A stretch of 64,000 bases of DNA from an uncultured Planctomycetota bacterium (GTDB taxonomy: Bacteria > Planctomycetota > Planctomycetia > Isosphaerales > Isosphaeraceae). The translations under genes were made by a program, and so were the position numbers. The stretch spans positions 224,001-288,000 of the forward strand of contig CAWJTV010000025.1 of assembly GCA_963845755.1 (NCBI GenBank), written 5' to 3'. The notes beneath the pieces were generated by a model. It saw only the letters and a list, made by a program, of their open reading frames with translations. It had not been told where the DNA came from and did not search any database. Of this stretch, positions 1 through 9,916 are shown in pieces (positions within the stretch are counted from its first letter, which is position 1; every line of letters starts with the position of its first letter).

Positions 1-2007
1 TTCGTTCGTGTCACGTGCGTCTCGCCCCGGGTCGTGGTGGCCAACCCCTCGGCCAACGCCGCCGAGGTCGTCTGTGTGCTGGGGTCGTTGCCCGATCGGG
101 ATATCGTCTTGTTCCCGGAGCTGTGCGTGACCGGCTACACATGCGCGGACCTGTTCGGCCAGTCGTCGCTGCTGGATGCCGGCCGGCATGCACTCGGTCG
201 GATCGTCGAGGCGACCGCCGGACGCGGCCAACTGGTGGTCGTCGGCCTGCCGCTTCCCGTGGGGAACAGTCTGTTCAACTGCGCGGTGGCGATCGGCGAC
301 GGCGCGGTCCTGGGCGTCGTGCCCAAGCAGTTCTTACCGAGCTACAAGGAGTACTACGAGAGCCGATGGTTCAGTCCGGCGACCGGCAAGGAGCCGGCCA
401 CGATCGAGCTCGGCGGCCGGACGGTGCCGTTCGGGATCGATCTGTTGTTCGAGGCGCGGGGCAGGGGGGGCGAGGCCGGGCCGGACGGTGTCGTTGTCGG
501 CATCGAGATCTGCGAGGACCTCTGGGTACCGGTGCCTCCGAGCGCGCTCCAGGCGATGGCCGGCGCGACGATCCTGCTGAACCTCTCGGCGAGCAACGAG
601 ACGATCGGCAAGAACCGGTATCGCTCGGACCTGGTCGTGGGCCAGTCCGGCCGCTGCGTCGCGGCCTATGCGATGGCCGGCTGCGGCCCGTCGGAGTCGA
701 CGACCGACGTGGTGTTCGGCGGTCACTGCCTCATCGCCGAGAATGGCCTCCTCCTGGCCGAATCGCCACGGGTCGGTGACGGACAGCCGGTTCGTCACGA
801 ATCTTACAGCATCACTCGGGACGTCAACGTCGCCCGGCTGAGGACGGATCGTCGTGTGATGACCAGCTTCGACGATCGTCTCTCGTCATTGCGGCCGTTC
901 CGGCGCATCGCCTTCGCGCTAGCCCCGGAGATGGAGGGCCTGGAGCGCGTCGTGCCCGGCACGCCGTTCGTGCCAGGGGAGGGACCCGAGCTCCACCGCC
1001 GTTGTGCCGAGATCTTCGGCATCCAGTGCGCGGGGCTGGCCAAGCGGATCGAGCAGCTCCCTGCCGGAACGCCGATGAATGTCGGCATCTCGGGGGGCCT
1101 GGATTCGACGCTGTCGCTGCTGGTCTCGGTCACCACCTGCGACATGCTCGGGCTCAATCGACGCACGGTTCACGGCCTGACGATGCCCGGCTTCGGCACA
1201 ACCCAGCGCACCCGCACCAACGCGCTGGACCTGATGGCGCATCTGGGGGTTTCGTCCGAGACGATCGACATCGGCGCGCTGGCTCTCGAAGCCTTCCGCG
1301 AGCTGAAGCACGACCCTTTCGGCATCGACTGTACAGACCTTGATGTGGAATCGTTTCGCAACGCCCTCGGGCGCGTGCCGGTCGAGTCGCGCTGCGACCT
1401 GACGTTCGAAAACGTCCAGGCCCGGCTGAGGACGTTCCTTCTGATGTCCAAGGGCTTCGTGGTCGGCACCGGGGACCTTTCGGAGCTGGCCCTGGGATGG
1501 TGTACTTACAATGGCGACCACATGAGCATGTACAACCCGAATTGCTCGATCCCCAAGACGCTGGTGAAGTTCCTGGTGCACTACGTGGCGATGAATCAGT
1601 ACCCGGACGGCCCGGTGCGTCGGACGCTCCTATCGATCGTCGATACGACGATCTCGCCAGAGCTATTACCGGTCTCACTGGCCGGCGAGATCGAACAATC
1701 GACCGAGGCGACCATTGGACCCTACGAGATCCACGACTTCATCCTGTACCACGCGGTGCGACTCGGTTATTCGCCGGCCAAGATCCTGTTCTTGAGCAAT
1801 TACGCCGCGTTCTCGCAGGCGTATTCTCGCGAGTTGATCGAGCGAACCCTGCGGACATTCTATACTCGCTTCTTCCACAATCAGTTCAAGCGTTCGTGCG
1901 TGCCCGACGGTCCAAAAGTCGGGACAGTGAGCCTCTCGCCCCGAGGCGATTGGAGGATGCCGTCGGACGCCGATCCGGCTGCCTGGTTGGAGTGGGATGA
2001 GACGTGA
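1..2007 (+). CDS. nadE: Glutamine-dependent NAD+ synthetase (5' end probably just outside the window)
   Basis: Nitrilase-fold motifs FPEL, VPK, EICEDLW followed by synthetase motifs GISGGLDS, ENVQAR, GTGDLSE, QFKR; frame is open from base 1. Confidence 0.95.
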   Translation, partial: FVRVTCVSPRVVVANPSANAAEVVCVLGSLPDRDIVLFPELCVTGYTCADLFGQSSLLDAGRHALGRIVEATAGRGQLVVVGLPLPVGNSLFNCAVAIGDGAVLGVVPKQFLPSYKEYYESRWFSPATGKEPATIELGGRTVPFGIDLLFEARGRGGEAGPDGVVVGIEICEDLWVPVPPSALQAMAGATILLNLSASNETIGKNRYRSDLVVGQSGRCVAAYAMAGCGPSESTTDVVFGGHCLIAENGLLLAESPRVGDGQPVRHESYSITRDVNVARLRTDRRVMTSFDDRLSSLRPFRRIAFALAPEMEGLERVVPGTPFVPGEGPELHRRCAEIFGIQCAGLAKRIEQLPAGTPMNVGISGGLDSTLSLLVSVTTCDMLGLNRRTVHGLTMPGFGTTQRTRTNALDLMAHLGVSSETIDIGALALEAFRELKHDPFGIDCTDLDVESFRNALGRVPVESRCDLTFENVQARLRTFLLMSKGFVVGTGDLSELALGWCTYNGDHMSMYNPNCSIPKTLVKFLVHYVAMNQYPDGPVRRTLLSIVDTTISPELLPVSLAGEIEQSTEATIGPYEIHDFILYHAVRLGYSPAKILFLSNYAAFSQAYSRELIERTLRTFYTRFFHNQFKRSCVPDGPKVGTVSLSPRGDWRMPSDADPAAWLEWDET

Positions 2008-2094
2008 GACACTTCGGATGCGGATCGGTTCGGATCGGACGGCGACGGGATATCGGACCAGGGGGGCGTTCGATTCCGAAAGTAACCCGGAGGC

Positions 2095-3033
2095 TCAACC
2101 TCGAAGACTCAACTCCCACGTCTCGCCGACGAGATCCTGGCCCCAATCGTGATGCGGTTCCGCTCGCACAAGGCGATAGCCGGCCGCGGCATAAATTCTC
2201 CGCGCGGCGTGGAGGACGTCATTTGTCCAGAGGAGGATCTTCTTGTATCCGACCTGACGCGCAAAGGTCGTGCACTCGTCGACCAGGCGAGCTCCGATCC
2301 CCAATCCACGCGCGGAGGGCTCGACGAGCAAGAGACGGAGCTTCGCCACCGTCTTCGTCTTCTTGACCAGGAGCACGGATCCGACGTTCTGGCCATCCCG
2401 CTCGGCGATCCAGCAGCGCTCAACCTTCGGGTCATAGTGCTCGACGAACCTGGCGACGATCTCGGCCACGAGGGCCTCGAAGCGTTCGTCCCAGCCATAT
2501 TCCTGGGTGTAGAGTACGCCGTGACGGTAGACGATCCAGCCCAGGTCGCCCGGGCGATGCGATCGAAGGAGATAGGGGATCGCGGGTTCAGGACGGCCGC
2601 CGAGCAGCGATTCGATCGTGCCCATCGACTCGATCAGCCGGTCTTGATCGGCGACGGCCAATCGGTCAACCAGGCCGCGAACCTCGTCGCGCGAGCGGGT
2701 GTCAAGTCGCATGAACGCCTCGCGGCCCTTCTTCGTGAGCGAAAGGAAACTCCGCCGCCGATCCTCAGCCGAGAGCCTGCGACTCAGCAGGCCGCGCGTC
2801 TCGAACTCGCGCAGGATGCGGCTCAGGTATCCCGCATCCAGGCCCAGTTCCTCAACGATGGCCGTCGCCGTGGGCGACTCGCTGTGAGCGAGCTCGAACA
2901 ATACCCGAACTTCTGTCAGAGAGAACGGGCTCCGCAAGAATCCTTCATGCAACACGCCGATCATCTTCGTATAAGAACGATTGAAACGCCTGATGGCTGC
3001 GACGCGGGATTCGATGTCGGTTTCAGTGGCCAT
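2095..3033 (-). CDS. Bifunctional MarR-family HTH regulator / GNAT acetyltransferase
   Basis: N-terminal IRRFNR..SLTEVRVLFEL..LDAGYLSRIL..DRR; C-terminal AKLRLLLVEPSARGLGIG, LWTNDVLHAARRIY. Confidence 0.9.
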   Translation of the reverse strand: MATETDIESRVAAIRRFNRSYTKMIGVLHEGFLRSPFSLTEVRVLFELAHSESPTATAIVEELGLDAGYLSRILREFETRGLLSRRLSAEDRRRSFLSLTKKGREAFMRLDTRSRDEVRGLVDRLAVADQDRLIESMGTIESLLGGRPEPAIPYLLRSHRPGDLGWIVYRHGVLYTQEYGWDERFEALVAEIVARFVEHYDPKVERCWIAERDGQNVGSVLLVKKTKTVAKLRLLLVEPSARGLGIGARLVDECTTFARQVGYKKILLWTNDVLHAARRIYAAAGYRLVRAEPHHDWGQDLVGETWELSLRG

Positions 3034-3215
3034 GCGCGTGAGGATACAGAAACTATTTGCCAGAGTCAACCATTTTGTTGACGACGGCAAGGAAATCAAC
3101 CTGGTCGGCTCCGCCTCTGGAACCGGCGGCGGGACACGCGATACACTGAGATGGTCAAGCGCGTCTTCAGTTGACCAAGAGTCGGTATGATGATGGGGAG
3201 CGCTCCGTCGCGATC

Positions 3216-4097
3216 ATGACAAACGACATTCTCGACCAGGCCGCGGCAGTGATCGCGGCGGCCGACGCCATGTTGATCGGTGCAGGTGCCGGGATGGGGG
3301 TTAACAGCGGCCTACCCGATTTCCGCGGGCCGCAGGGATTCTGGCGGGCGTATCCGCCGTATGAGCGGCTGGGGCTCAACTTCGTCGCGCTGGCCAACCC
3401 ACGTTGGTTCGCCGACGATCCTGAGCTCGCATGGGGGTTCTACGGGCATCGGATGGGCCTATACCGACGCACCGAGCCGCATGGGGGGTTCGCCATCCTC
3501 CGCCGATGGGTCGATCAGATGCCGCGGGGCGGGTTTGTGTACACGTCGAACGTCGATGGCCATTTTCAGCGGGCCGGGTTCGATCCCGATCGGATCCTCG
3601 AGGTCCATGGGGCCATTGACGGCATGCAATGCCTGGGCGACTGCGGCATCGGGATCTTTCCGTCCGAGCCCTACGAGGTCGCGATCGACCTGGAGACGAT
3701 GAGGGCGATCGCCCCCCTCCCGGCCTGTCCGAAATGCGGTGGTCGAACGCGCCCGAATATCCTGATGTTCGGCGATCGCGGCTGGAGCTCATCGCGAGCC
3801 GACGCACAGGAGCGCCGGCTGGCCGCCTGGCTGCGAACGCTCGACGGTGCACGTCTCGTCGTCGTCGAGCTGGGCGCCGGTCTGGCCGTCCCGACGATCC
3901 GGATCATGAGCGAGGATTTCATCGAGGCGCCGGGTCGCACGCTGATCCGGATCAATCTCCGCGAACCCGACGTACCGCCCGGCCACGTCAATATCGCGAT
4001 GGGCGCCCTGGCGGCCCTCCAGGCCCTGGACACGCTCACGACTTCTTCCGCGGTCCGTCGAACGGGGCGGGCAGAAGATCGTGGACAGCCTGGATGA
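3216..4097 (+). CDS. Sir2-family NAD-dependent deacylase
   Basis: GAGAGMGVNSGLPDFRG, TSNVDGHF, EVHG, CxxxC and CPKC Zn ligands, RPNILMF. Confidence 0.9.
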   Translation: MTNDILDQAAAVIAAADAMLIGAGAGMGVNSGLPDFRGPQGFWRAYPPYERLGLNFVALANPRWFADDPELAWGFYGHRMGLYRRTEPHGGFAILRRWVDQMPRGGFVYTSNVDGHFQRAGFDPDRILEVHGAIDGMQCLGDCGIGIFPSEPYEVAIDLETMRAIAPLPACPKCGGRTRPNILMFGDRGWSSSRADAQERRLAAWLRTLDGARLVVVELGAGLAVPTIRIMSEDFIEAPGRTLIRINLREPDVPPGHVNIAMGALAALQALDTLTTSSAVRRTGRAEDRGQPG

Positions 4098-5470
4098 TGC
4101 GGTCCTCAGTCTCGGGGGCCAACCGGGTGGGGTGCCCGTAGTAGATCATCGAGGAATCGGCCTCGTATCCGCCCTCGCTGAGGATCCGGCGCGAGGGGAT
4201 ATAGCAGGGCACGTCGTTGCTATAGGCGGCGATCCACAGGTGTTCGCCGTCGATCTCCCACTTGAGCCGGAGCGCGTAATCCACGACGACTTCCCCGGCG
4301 AGGAAGACCATGGCCATGTCGTCGCCGAAGCACCAGGTCTGGACGCGGTAGGGCACCGTGGTGGGAAGGGATTCGCCGCGGTCGAGTCGCTCGATCAGGG
4401 TGCGGGCTAGGAAGCCTTCGGAGCCCGATCGCCTGGCGCGGTCGGCGAGTGCCGCACGGGTGGGAAGCGGTTCGAGAGGCAGCTCGATCTGACGGAACCG
4501 ACAGGCAATCCGGCCGGTCAATGACGTCAAGCCGGTCTTCGCCGCGAGGAGCCGGTTCACCTCGGAACCCGCGGCGGCCCCGTGTTGCCTGGCGTCCTCG
4601 AGGTTGCGGCGCGGCTCGGGGTTGGCATCGGCGCCACAGCCGATGATGGCCACCGCAACGGCGCCCGGTGATTGCGCCTCGATCGCGTCGCACGCGTAGC
4701 CGGCCCACTCCGCACAGATCTTGTTGAATTCGCCGCCGAGCGTCGTGCAATGGCAGGCGTAGCCAAACAGCACGGCGCGGACCTTGCCGGATGGGTCGGT
4801 GGCGACCAGCACGGGAAGGCTGGGGTCCGTTGGACCGTTGGGGTTGACGCCGAAGTTCACCCACTTTCCGTTCTTCAGCACCCGGCGATTGGCCGCGAAA
4901 CCGGCCCGGCCCTGACCCCACGCCAGGCTCGCCGGCCTGCGATCGTCCAGCGCCGTCAGTGCAGCCTTCTCGATCGCGTCGGTCAGCTCACGCCCGTAGC
5001 GTTCGATGTGGTCCTTCTGGTCCTGGGGCAACGGCCGTCCGAAGATATACGCCAGCTCGCTACTGAGTGCCGGGTGCGCAGTGGGTGTGCGTCGAACAGA
5101 CCGTGAACCGCTCTCGCTTCAGCGCCACTTTCGACTTCAGCCGCGCCGCGACCTCCTCGACGATCTTCGCCCCGACGGCGCAGTTGTCCACGGCGACCAG
5201 GATGGCCGGGCCTCCTTCGGCGCCATCACCACCGATCGCCAGTGCGCGGGCTTTCAGCGGGCTGGCGACCCCTTCGGACTCGGTCGTGCGACTCCCATAA
5301 CCTGTCAATCGGATCGGATAGCCGGGCGTGATGTCTACCACGGCGACTCCGACGGGCACCGGTGCGCCTGCCGTCGAGGGTGCCGAGCCAACCTCGAATG
5401 CCCAAGCCGGGACATCCCCGAAACCCATCAAAACGAACAACGCGATCGATAGTCTGTGGGAAAAGCGCAT
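4036..5470 (-). CDS. Secreted neutral/alkaline ceramidase-family N-terminal domain protein (frameshift near 5060)
   Basis: Signal peptide, DITP..LTGY, THTHCAP, YACHCT, GCGADANP, LAGEVVVDY, YIPS..EGGYE distributed over ORFs 5060-5470 and 4036-5031. Confidence 0.8.
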
Positions 5471-5599
5471 GAGTTCCGTCCTTTCCGATGATTCCTTGGC
5501 TCATGTGGAGAATCTTGTGGGCGGGGAGGAGGAGACTGCCGTTCTTGCACTCGGTCGGGGTCGCGAGTCCGGCATCTGCGCCGTCTCCCCACTCTCCGC

Positions 5600-7402
5600 T
5601 CAATAGCGCCAGCTCGTGACGTCGCCGCCGGGCGGTGCCGACTTCAGGATGCGTTCGACGATACGGGGGGCGAACATCTGGTGATAGCGAAGCCGGCTGA
5701 TGCCGTTCGGACGGGTCGGGTCGCCGTTCCAGCAATGCTCCGCACGATCGCCGTAAGCAACCTCGCCGCCGTAGGCGGGATCCTTGGTGTTCTTGAGGAT
5801 GTCCTCGACGAGGTAGACGGCGTTATTCAGATAAAAGTTGTCCATATCTCCGACGTAAATGTGAATCTTCCCCTCGAGCTTCTTGCCAACTTTAGGCCAG
5901 TCGCGTTCGAGGATATGGCCGAGATCGTAGTGGTCGCGCCAGTATTGAGCGACCTCGCGATCGATGACGCCGGTCCGTTTGTCCCAGATCCGTTTAGGGT
6001 ATCCATCGGGGCCGACGGGGGAATAGACGGCCTCCCAGATATCCCACTGCTGGCCCGAGCGGCTTTTTGTGCCGAGGACCAGCTCGAGGTGGTTCACGTC
6101 CTCGAGGGTCGAGCCGACGTGCCCAAGATAATTCCGCATCCCGGGCCGGGGGACCTTGTGCCAGGGGCCCTCGTCGAAGTAAGCGTTCTTGTCCTTGTAG
6201 ATGTCGACGACCGTATAAGCACGGAAGTCGATCGGATCCGGGCAGGCGGCCCAGCAACCGTTGTATTCGTCGGGATAGAACACCTGGGCGGCCAGCGCCT
6301 CCCAGCCGCCGGTCGAGCCGCCGTAGAGGAACCGTGCCCATCCGGCGCCGAGGCATCGGTACTTCTTTTCCAGGAAGGGAATCAGCTCGTAGGTGATGGC
6401 GTCGCCGTACGGGCCAAGGTTGGCAGAGTTCACCGCATAAGAGTCATCGTAATACGGGTTGGCGTGCTGGATCTCGATGATGACCATGCGTGGATAGTCC
6501 GGTCCGGTCCATTCCTTGTAGAACTGATGGGCGAGCTCTTGCGAGGCTCGGTTATACGCGGGCATGTGGAATCGCTCGCTGTATTCGGGCTTGAGATCCG
6601 GATCCGGCGGTTCTTCGCGGAAGCCGCCGAAGGTCTGGGGGAAATGGCCGTGGAAAATGACCAGGGGATAGCGAGCCTGGGGGTGCGCATCGAACCCTTC
6701 GGGCAGCAGGACGTGCGCGCCGAGGTGCATGGGCCGTCCCCAGAACTTCGTGAGCCGCTCGCTCGGGATCCGCTCGTGCTTGATGTACTTTGTGGTCGCC
6801 GGCTCGGGGATCGGCGGGATGACCTTGTCGAGGCGGACGCGGATCGTCGCAGACGGGCCCCCGCTCGATCATGACCTCGCGGGGCGTGCTGTAGAGATTC
6901 CCGGCGCGCGATTCCAGTGCTGTCCTTCGCCCCGGTCCATGGGCAGCTTCACGGTATGCCCGTCGGCGCGGTGGAACGTCTCGTACCGGTGCAACAGGGC
7001 CTGGACCCGGTAACGACCGGCCGGGACCTGGCGCAGGCTTTCCAACGGGTAGCCCCGAGTCGTCTCGTCGATCACGACCTCTTGATCGGGCGCCAGGGCA
7101 TCGAGGTCGATGCCGAAGATCTGCTGGGTCTTCGGGCCGTCGTTGATCTGGAGCCGGGGTTCATCCTTGTCGTCGGTGGAGAGCATCACGAGTAGCCGGC
7201 CATCGATCGGCGTCGCGCTCAGGTCGCGACCGAAGCTGACATGGATCCGGATCGGGGCAGGATTTCCCTCGCCCGCTTTCTGGAGCGGTTCCGCCCGGAC
7301 CGGGACACCCACGAGCGGCAGAACGCTCGGGCCCCACGCCCAGATTCCCAAGGCCAGGAATTGCCATCGGATCGCTCGGGCCGCTCGTCTCATCGTCGTC
7401 AT
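5600..7402 (-). CDS. Secreted putative esterase (alpha/beta hydrolase; frameshift near 6890)
   Basis: GGSTGG nucleophile elbow, NSANLGPYGDA, PDPIDF; N-terminal GRLLVML..Y.VQALLHRYETF domain in ORF 6869-7456. Confidence 0.8.
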
Positions 7403-7502
7403 ACGCTGGGCTCCGTGGTGTCGATCGGTCGCGATCGGCCGGTCTTGCGCCGGCACGAGGGTTCGCGTTATTCTGCACTCGAAACCCGTGAGTGACCAGG
7501 GG

Positions 7503-8919
7503 CTACCGAGACGTCAATGTTCGGCCTCGCTTGTTCAATCGAGGAAAGCGAACGTCCAGTTCGCCAACGTGCTGCCGGTGCCGTGGACGACATGAACCGG
7601 ATCTCCGTCTGGCCGCTCGCATGCGCCGATCCGGCCGTATGCGATAGGTGCTCGGATCGCGGGAGGAGATACAGAAGTTCCATGAGTCCGGAAGCTCGTG
7701 CCAGGCGTCCGGGTTCGTGTGGCAGTAGAGGTTCATGGCCGTCTGGTCGCTCCAGTCGCGGGTGCCCTCGAGCGCGACGGACAGTCGGAGCCGATAGACT
7801 TCCGGGAGGTGGCGCACGAAGCTAAGGGCTGTGCCGGCAACGAACCCCGCGTTCAGATAGCGCGTGGTGGAGAGCAGCTCGAAGGCCCTCCGACGGGCGA
7901 CCGGATCACCGATGGTCTGGGTCCACAGGGCGATCAGCGGACTCTCCCCGATCTTGACGGGCTCCCGCGCGAGGATGGAGCCGGTCTGGATGAGTGCGGA
8001 CGATCTCCCACAAACGGGCGAGCCGGCCCTGGAAGAAGATGTCGCCGGCATCCCAGTGGGCGACCGGCATGTCCTCCGGCCAGCGCGCCGCGACCTCCGC
8101 GAAATCGTGGAGCCTCCGGATGCTCGCATGGACGCCGTTCTCCGGGAACGCCACCACCTCGACGCCCGCTGCCTCGAGGCGAGCACACTCGCTGGGATAC
8201 AGGCCATACGCGACGGCCGTGATCGGCTCGCGATTGCCCGATGCGCGGAGTGTCGGCACGAACTGGCGACGGAACCGGTCGTAGTGGTTCCGGTCGAAGG
8301 CGGTCAGGATGCGGCCGGCGGTCGCGTCAGCCATCGGTCGTTCGCAAGGATCGGGGCCACAATCGTCCCCGATCCGCGCCGGCAGAACCCGGCCCGCCGG
8401 ATCAGCATGCGGCCGGTGCCAGGCGAGGGCGCCCGGGAGATAACCGATCCCGAACCCGTCCCGGCGGATGTCATCGCAACAGCACCGGCATTCGCACTTC
8501 CCGGGCTCCCATCGGAAGGTCAATCCCGCCAGCCGTTCCCGGCGGAACAGCGTGGCGGACATCCCGACATGCGGAGGATAATCCCAGTTCCCCCACCCGT
8601 CGGCCATCTCGGCGGCGCTGTCGGCCCCGATGGCCGCGAAGCCCGGCTTCCTGGTGAGTCCCGCCACCAGCCGGGCCACACACTCCGGCCCCAAGACCAC
8701 GTCGTCGTCCAGGTACATCACCCAGGGAGAAGACCCCAGCCGCTTCCCCTCGTTCCGAGCCCGGGCGATCGTCTCCCAGCGGTTGGCATCCTCGGGGCGC
8801 GGAGTCCCGATCACGCGGTGCACGCGGACCTCGACCCCGCGCTGGATCTGGATTCCCCGCCACACGTCCCCGCGCGGCGGCGACCGGTCGCGACTCAGAA
8901 AGATGAGGTCTACATTCAT
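7503..8919 (-). CDS. Two-domain GT-A glycosyltransferase (GT2-like plus second GT-A domain; frameshifts near 7960 and about 7600, 3' end uncertain)
   Basis: ARARNEG..MYLDDDVVL; second domain WDAGDIFFQ, LNAGF, DQTAMN, WNFC. Confidence 0.7.
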
Positions 8920-8962
8920 GAATAATCGTGAAGGGAGGATGGGCGCCTGGCTCGAAGGAGCA

Positions 8963-9442
8963 TCAGTTATTGCAACAGACGCCCAATGGCCGCTCGATCC
9001 CCTCGGCGCTGACCGCCGCGGTCACCCCGTACTCGTGGCGGTGGAGGACCGACGCCGTCTCGGGAACGTAGAGGATCACCTCGGGATGCCAGAGTTCCTC
9101 CAGGTGCTTGACCCTCGCGGCATTCGCGTGCTCGACGATCGCAGCCTCCCCCGCTCGGATCTCCTTCTGCGTCTTCGTGGGGCTGAGGATCGGCCAATCG
9201 TTCGGGTCGTCGGACGTCGCCGCCGAGGGCTTGGGGCGGATCGCCCGGACGTCGTCCGGGCGAATAAACCGCGTAATGATATGCTTGGAATTGAGTACCT
9301 GGACGAGCTTGATGTAAATCACCGCCTCCGCGTCCCAGTCGGTGAGCACGAAGAAGGCTCGGGCGGTTGCCGGATAGGGCGACGGCAAGGCGACCACTCC
9401 GGCGAGCGTGACCGCATGGTGATGTTCATTTGCAAATTCCAT
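8963..9442 (-). CDS. Hypothetical protein (159 aa, ends PLGVCCNN)
   Basis: GGGAG RBS before the ATG at 9442, protein-like composition, co-oriented 43 nt upstream of the GT gene. Confidence 0.6.
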   Translation of the reverse strand: MEFANEHHHAVTLAGVVALPSPYPATARAFFVLTDWDAEAVIYIKLVQVLNSKHIITRFIRPDDVRAIRPKPSAATSDDPNDWPILSPTKTQKEIRAGEAAIVEHANAARVKHLEELWHPEVILYVPETASVLHRHEYGVTAAVSAEGIERPLGVCCNN

Positions 9443-9552
9443 CGTCGAACTCCCGTGATCGGCGTGCATCCGCTGCTGGACGTACGGGCCAACCGCGCCC
9501 GTTGGATCGAGGTCTGAATTGTGTTGGTGCCGGGGCGGGTGTGTCAAGCCTA

Positions 9553-9846
9553 ACGCGGCCTTCGGCCGCAACCCCATCGGGATTCCCGATTCGCGATTCC
9601 GGATTCCCGAAGGGGAATGATCCGGGAATTCGGAATCCCGAATCCAGAATCCCCAGATGCGGCATGCGGCAGGGATCCTACGGAGGACGACTCTGACGCG
9701 GCCTTCGGCCGCAACCCCATCGGGATTCCCGATTCGCGATTCCGGATTCCCGAAGGGGAATGATCCGGGAATCGGGAATCTCGAATCCGGAATTCGGAAT
9801 CCCCAGATGCGCGGACGGCGGCAGGGATCCTACGGAGGACGACTCT
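9553..9846. repeat. Two tandem ~142/151 bp palindromic REP-like units
   Basis: Units 9553-9694 and 9696-9846 share ACGCGGCCTTCGGCCGCAACCCCATC, inverted heptamer arms (NNGATTC / NGAATCC) and GGCAGGGATCCTACGGAGGACGACTCT. Confidence 0.9.
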
Positions 9847-9916
9847 AGAGTCGGCCGGACGCTGTAAAGCCGAAGAGACCTGGGAGGCCGGGAACTTACT
9901 ACTTTTCTTCCACTGT

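Noticed and set aside
3216..4097. Sir2 gene as an anti-phage NADase (Thoeris/DSR type)
   Set aside because: It is a stand-alone Zn-binding deacylase-type sirtuin with no defence partner genes
9553..9846. CRISPR array
   Set aside because: Only two long units, with no unique spacers and no cas genes
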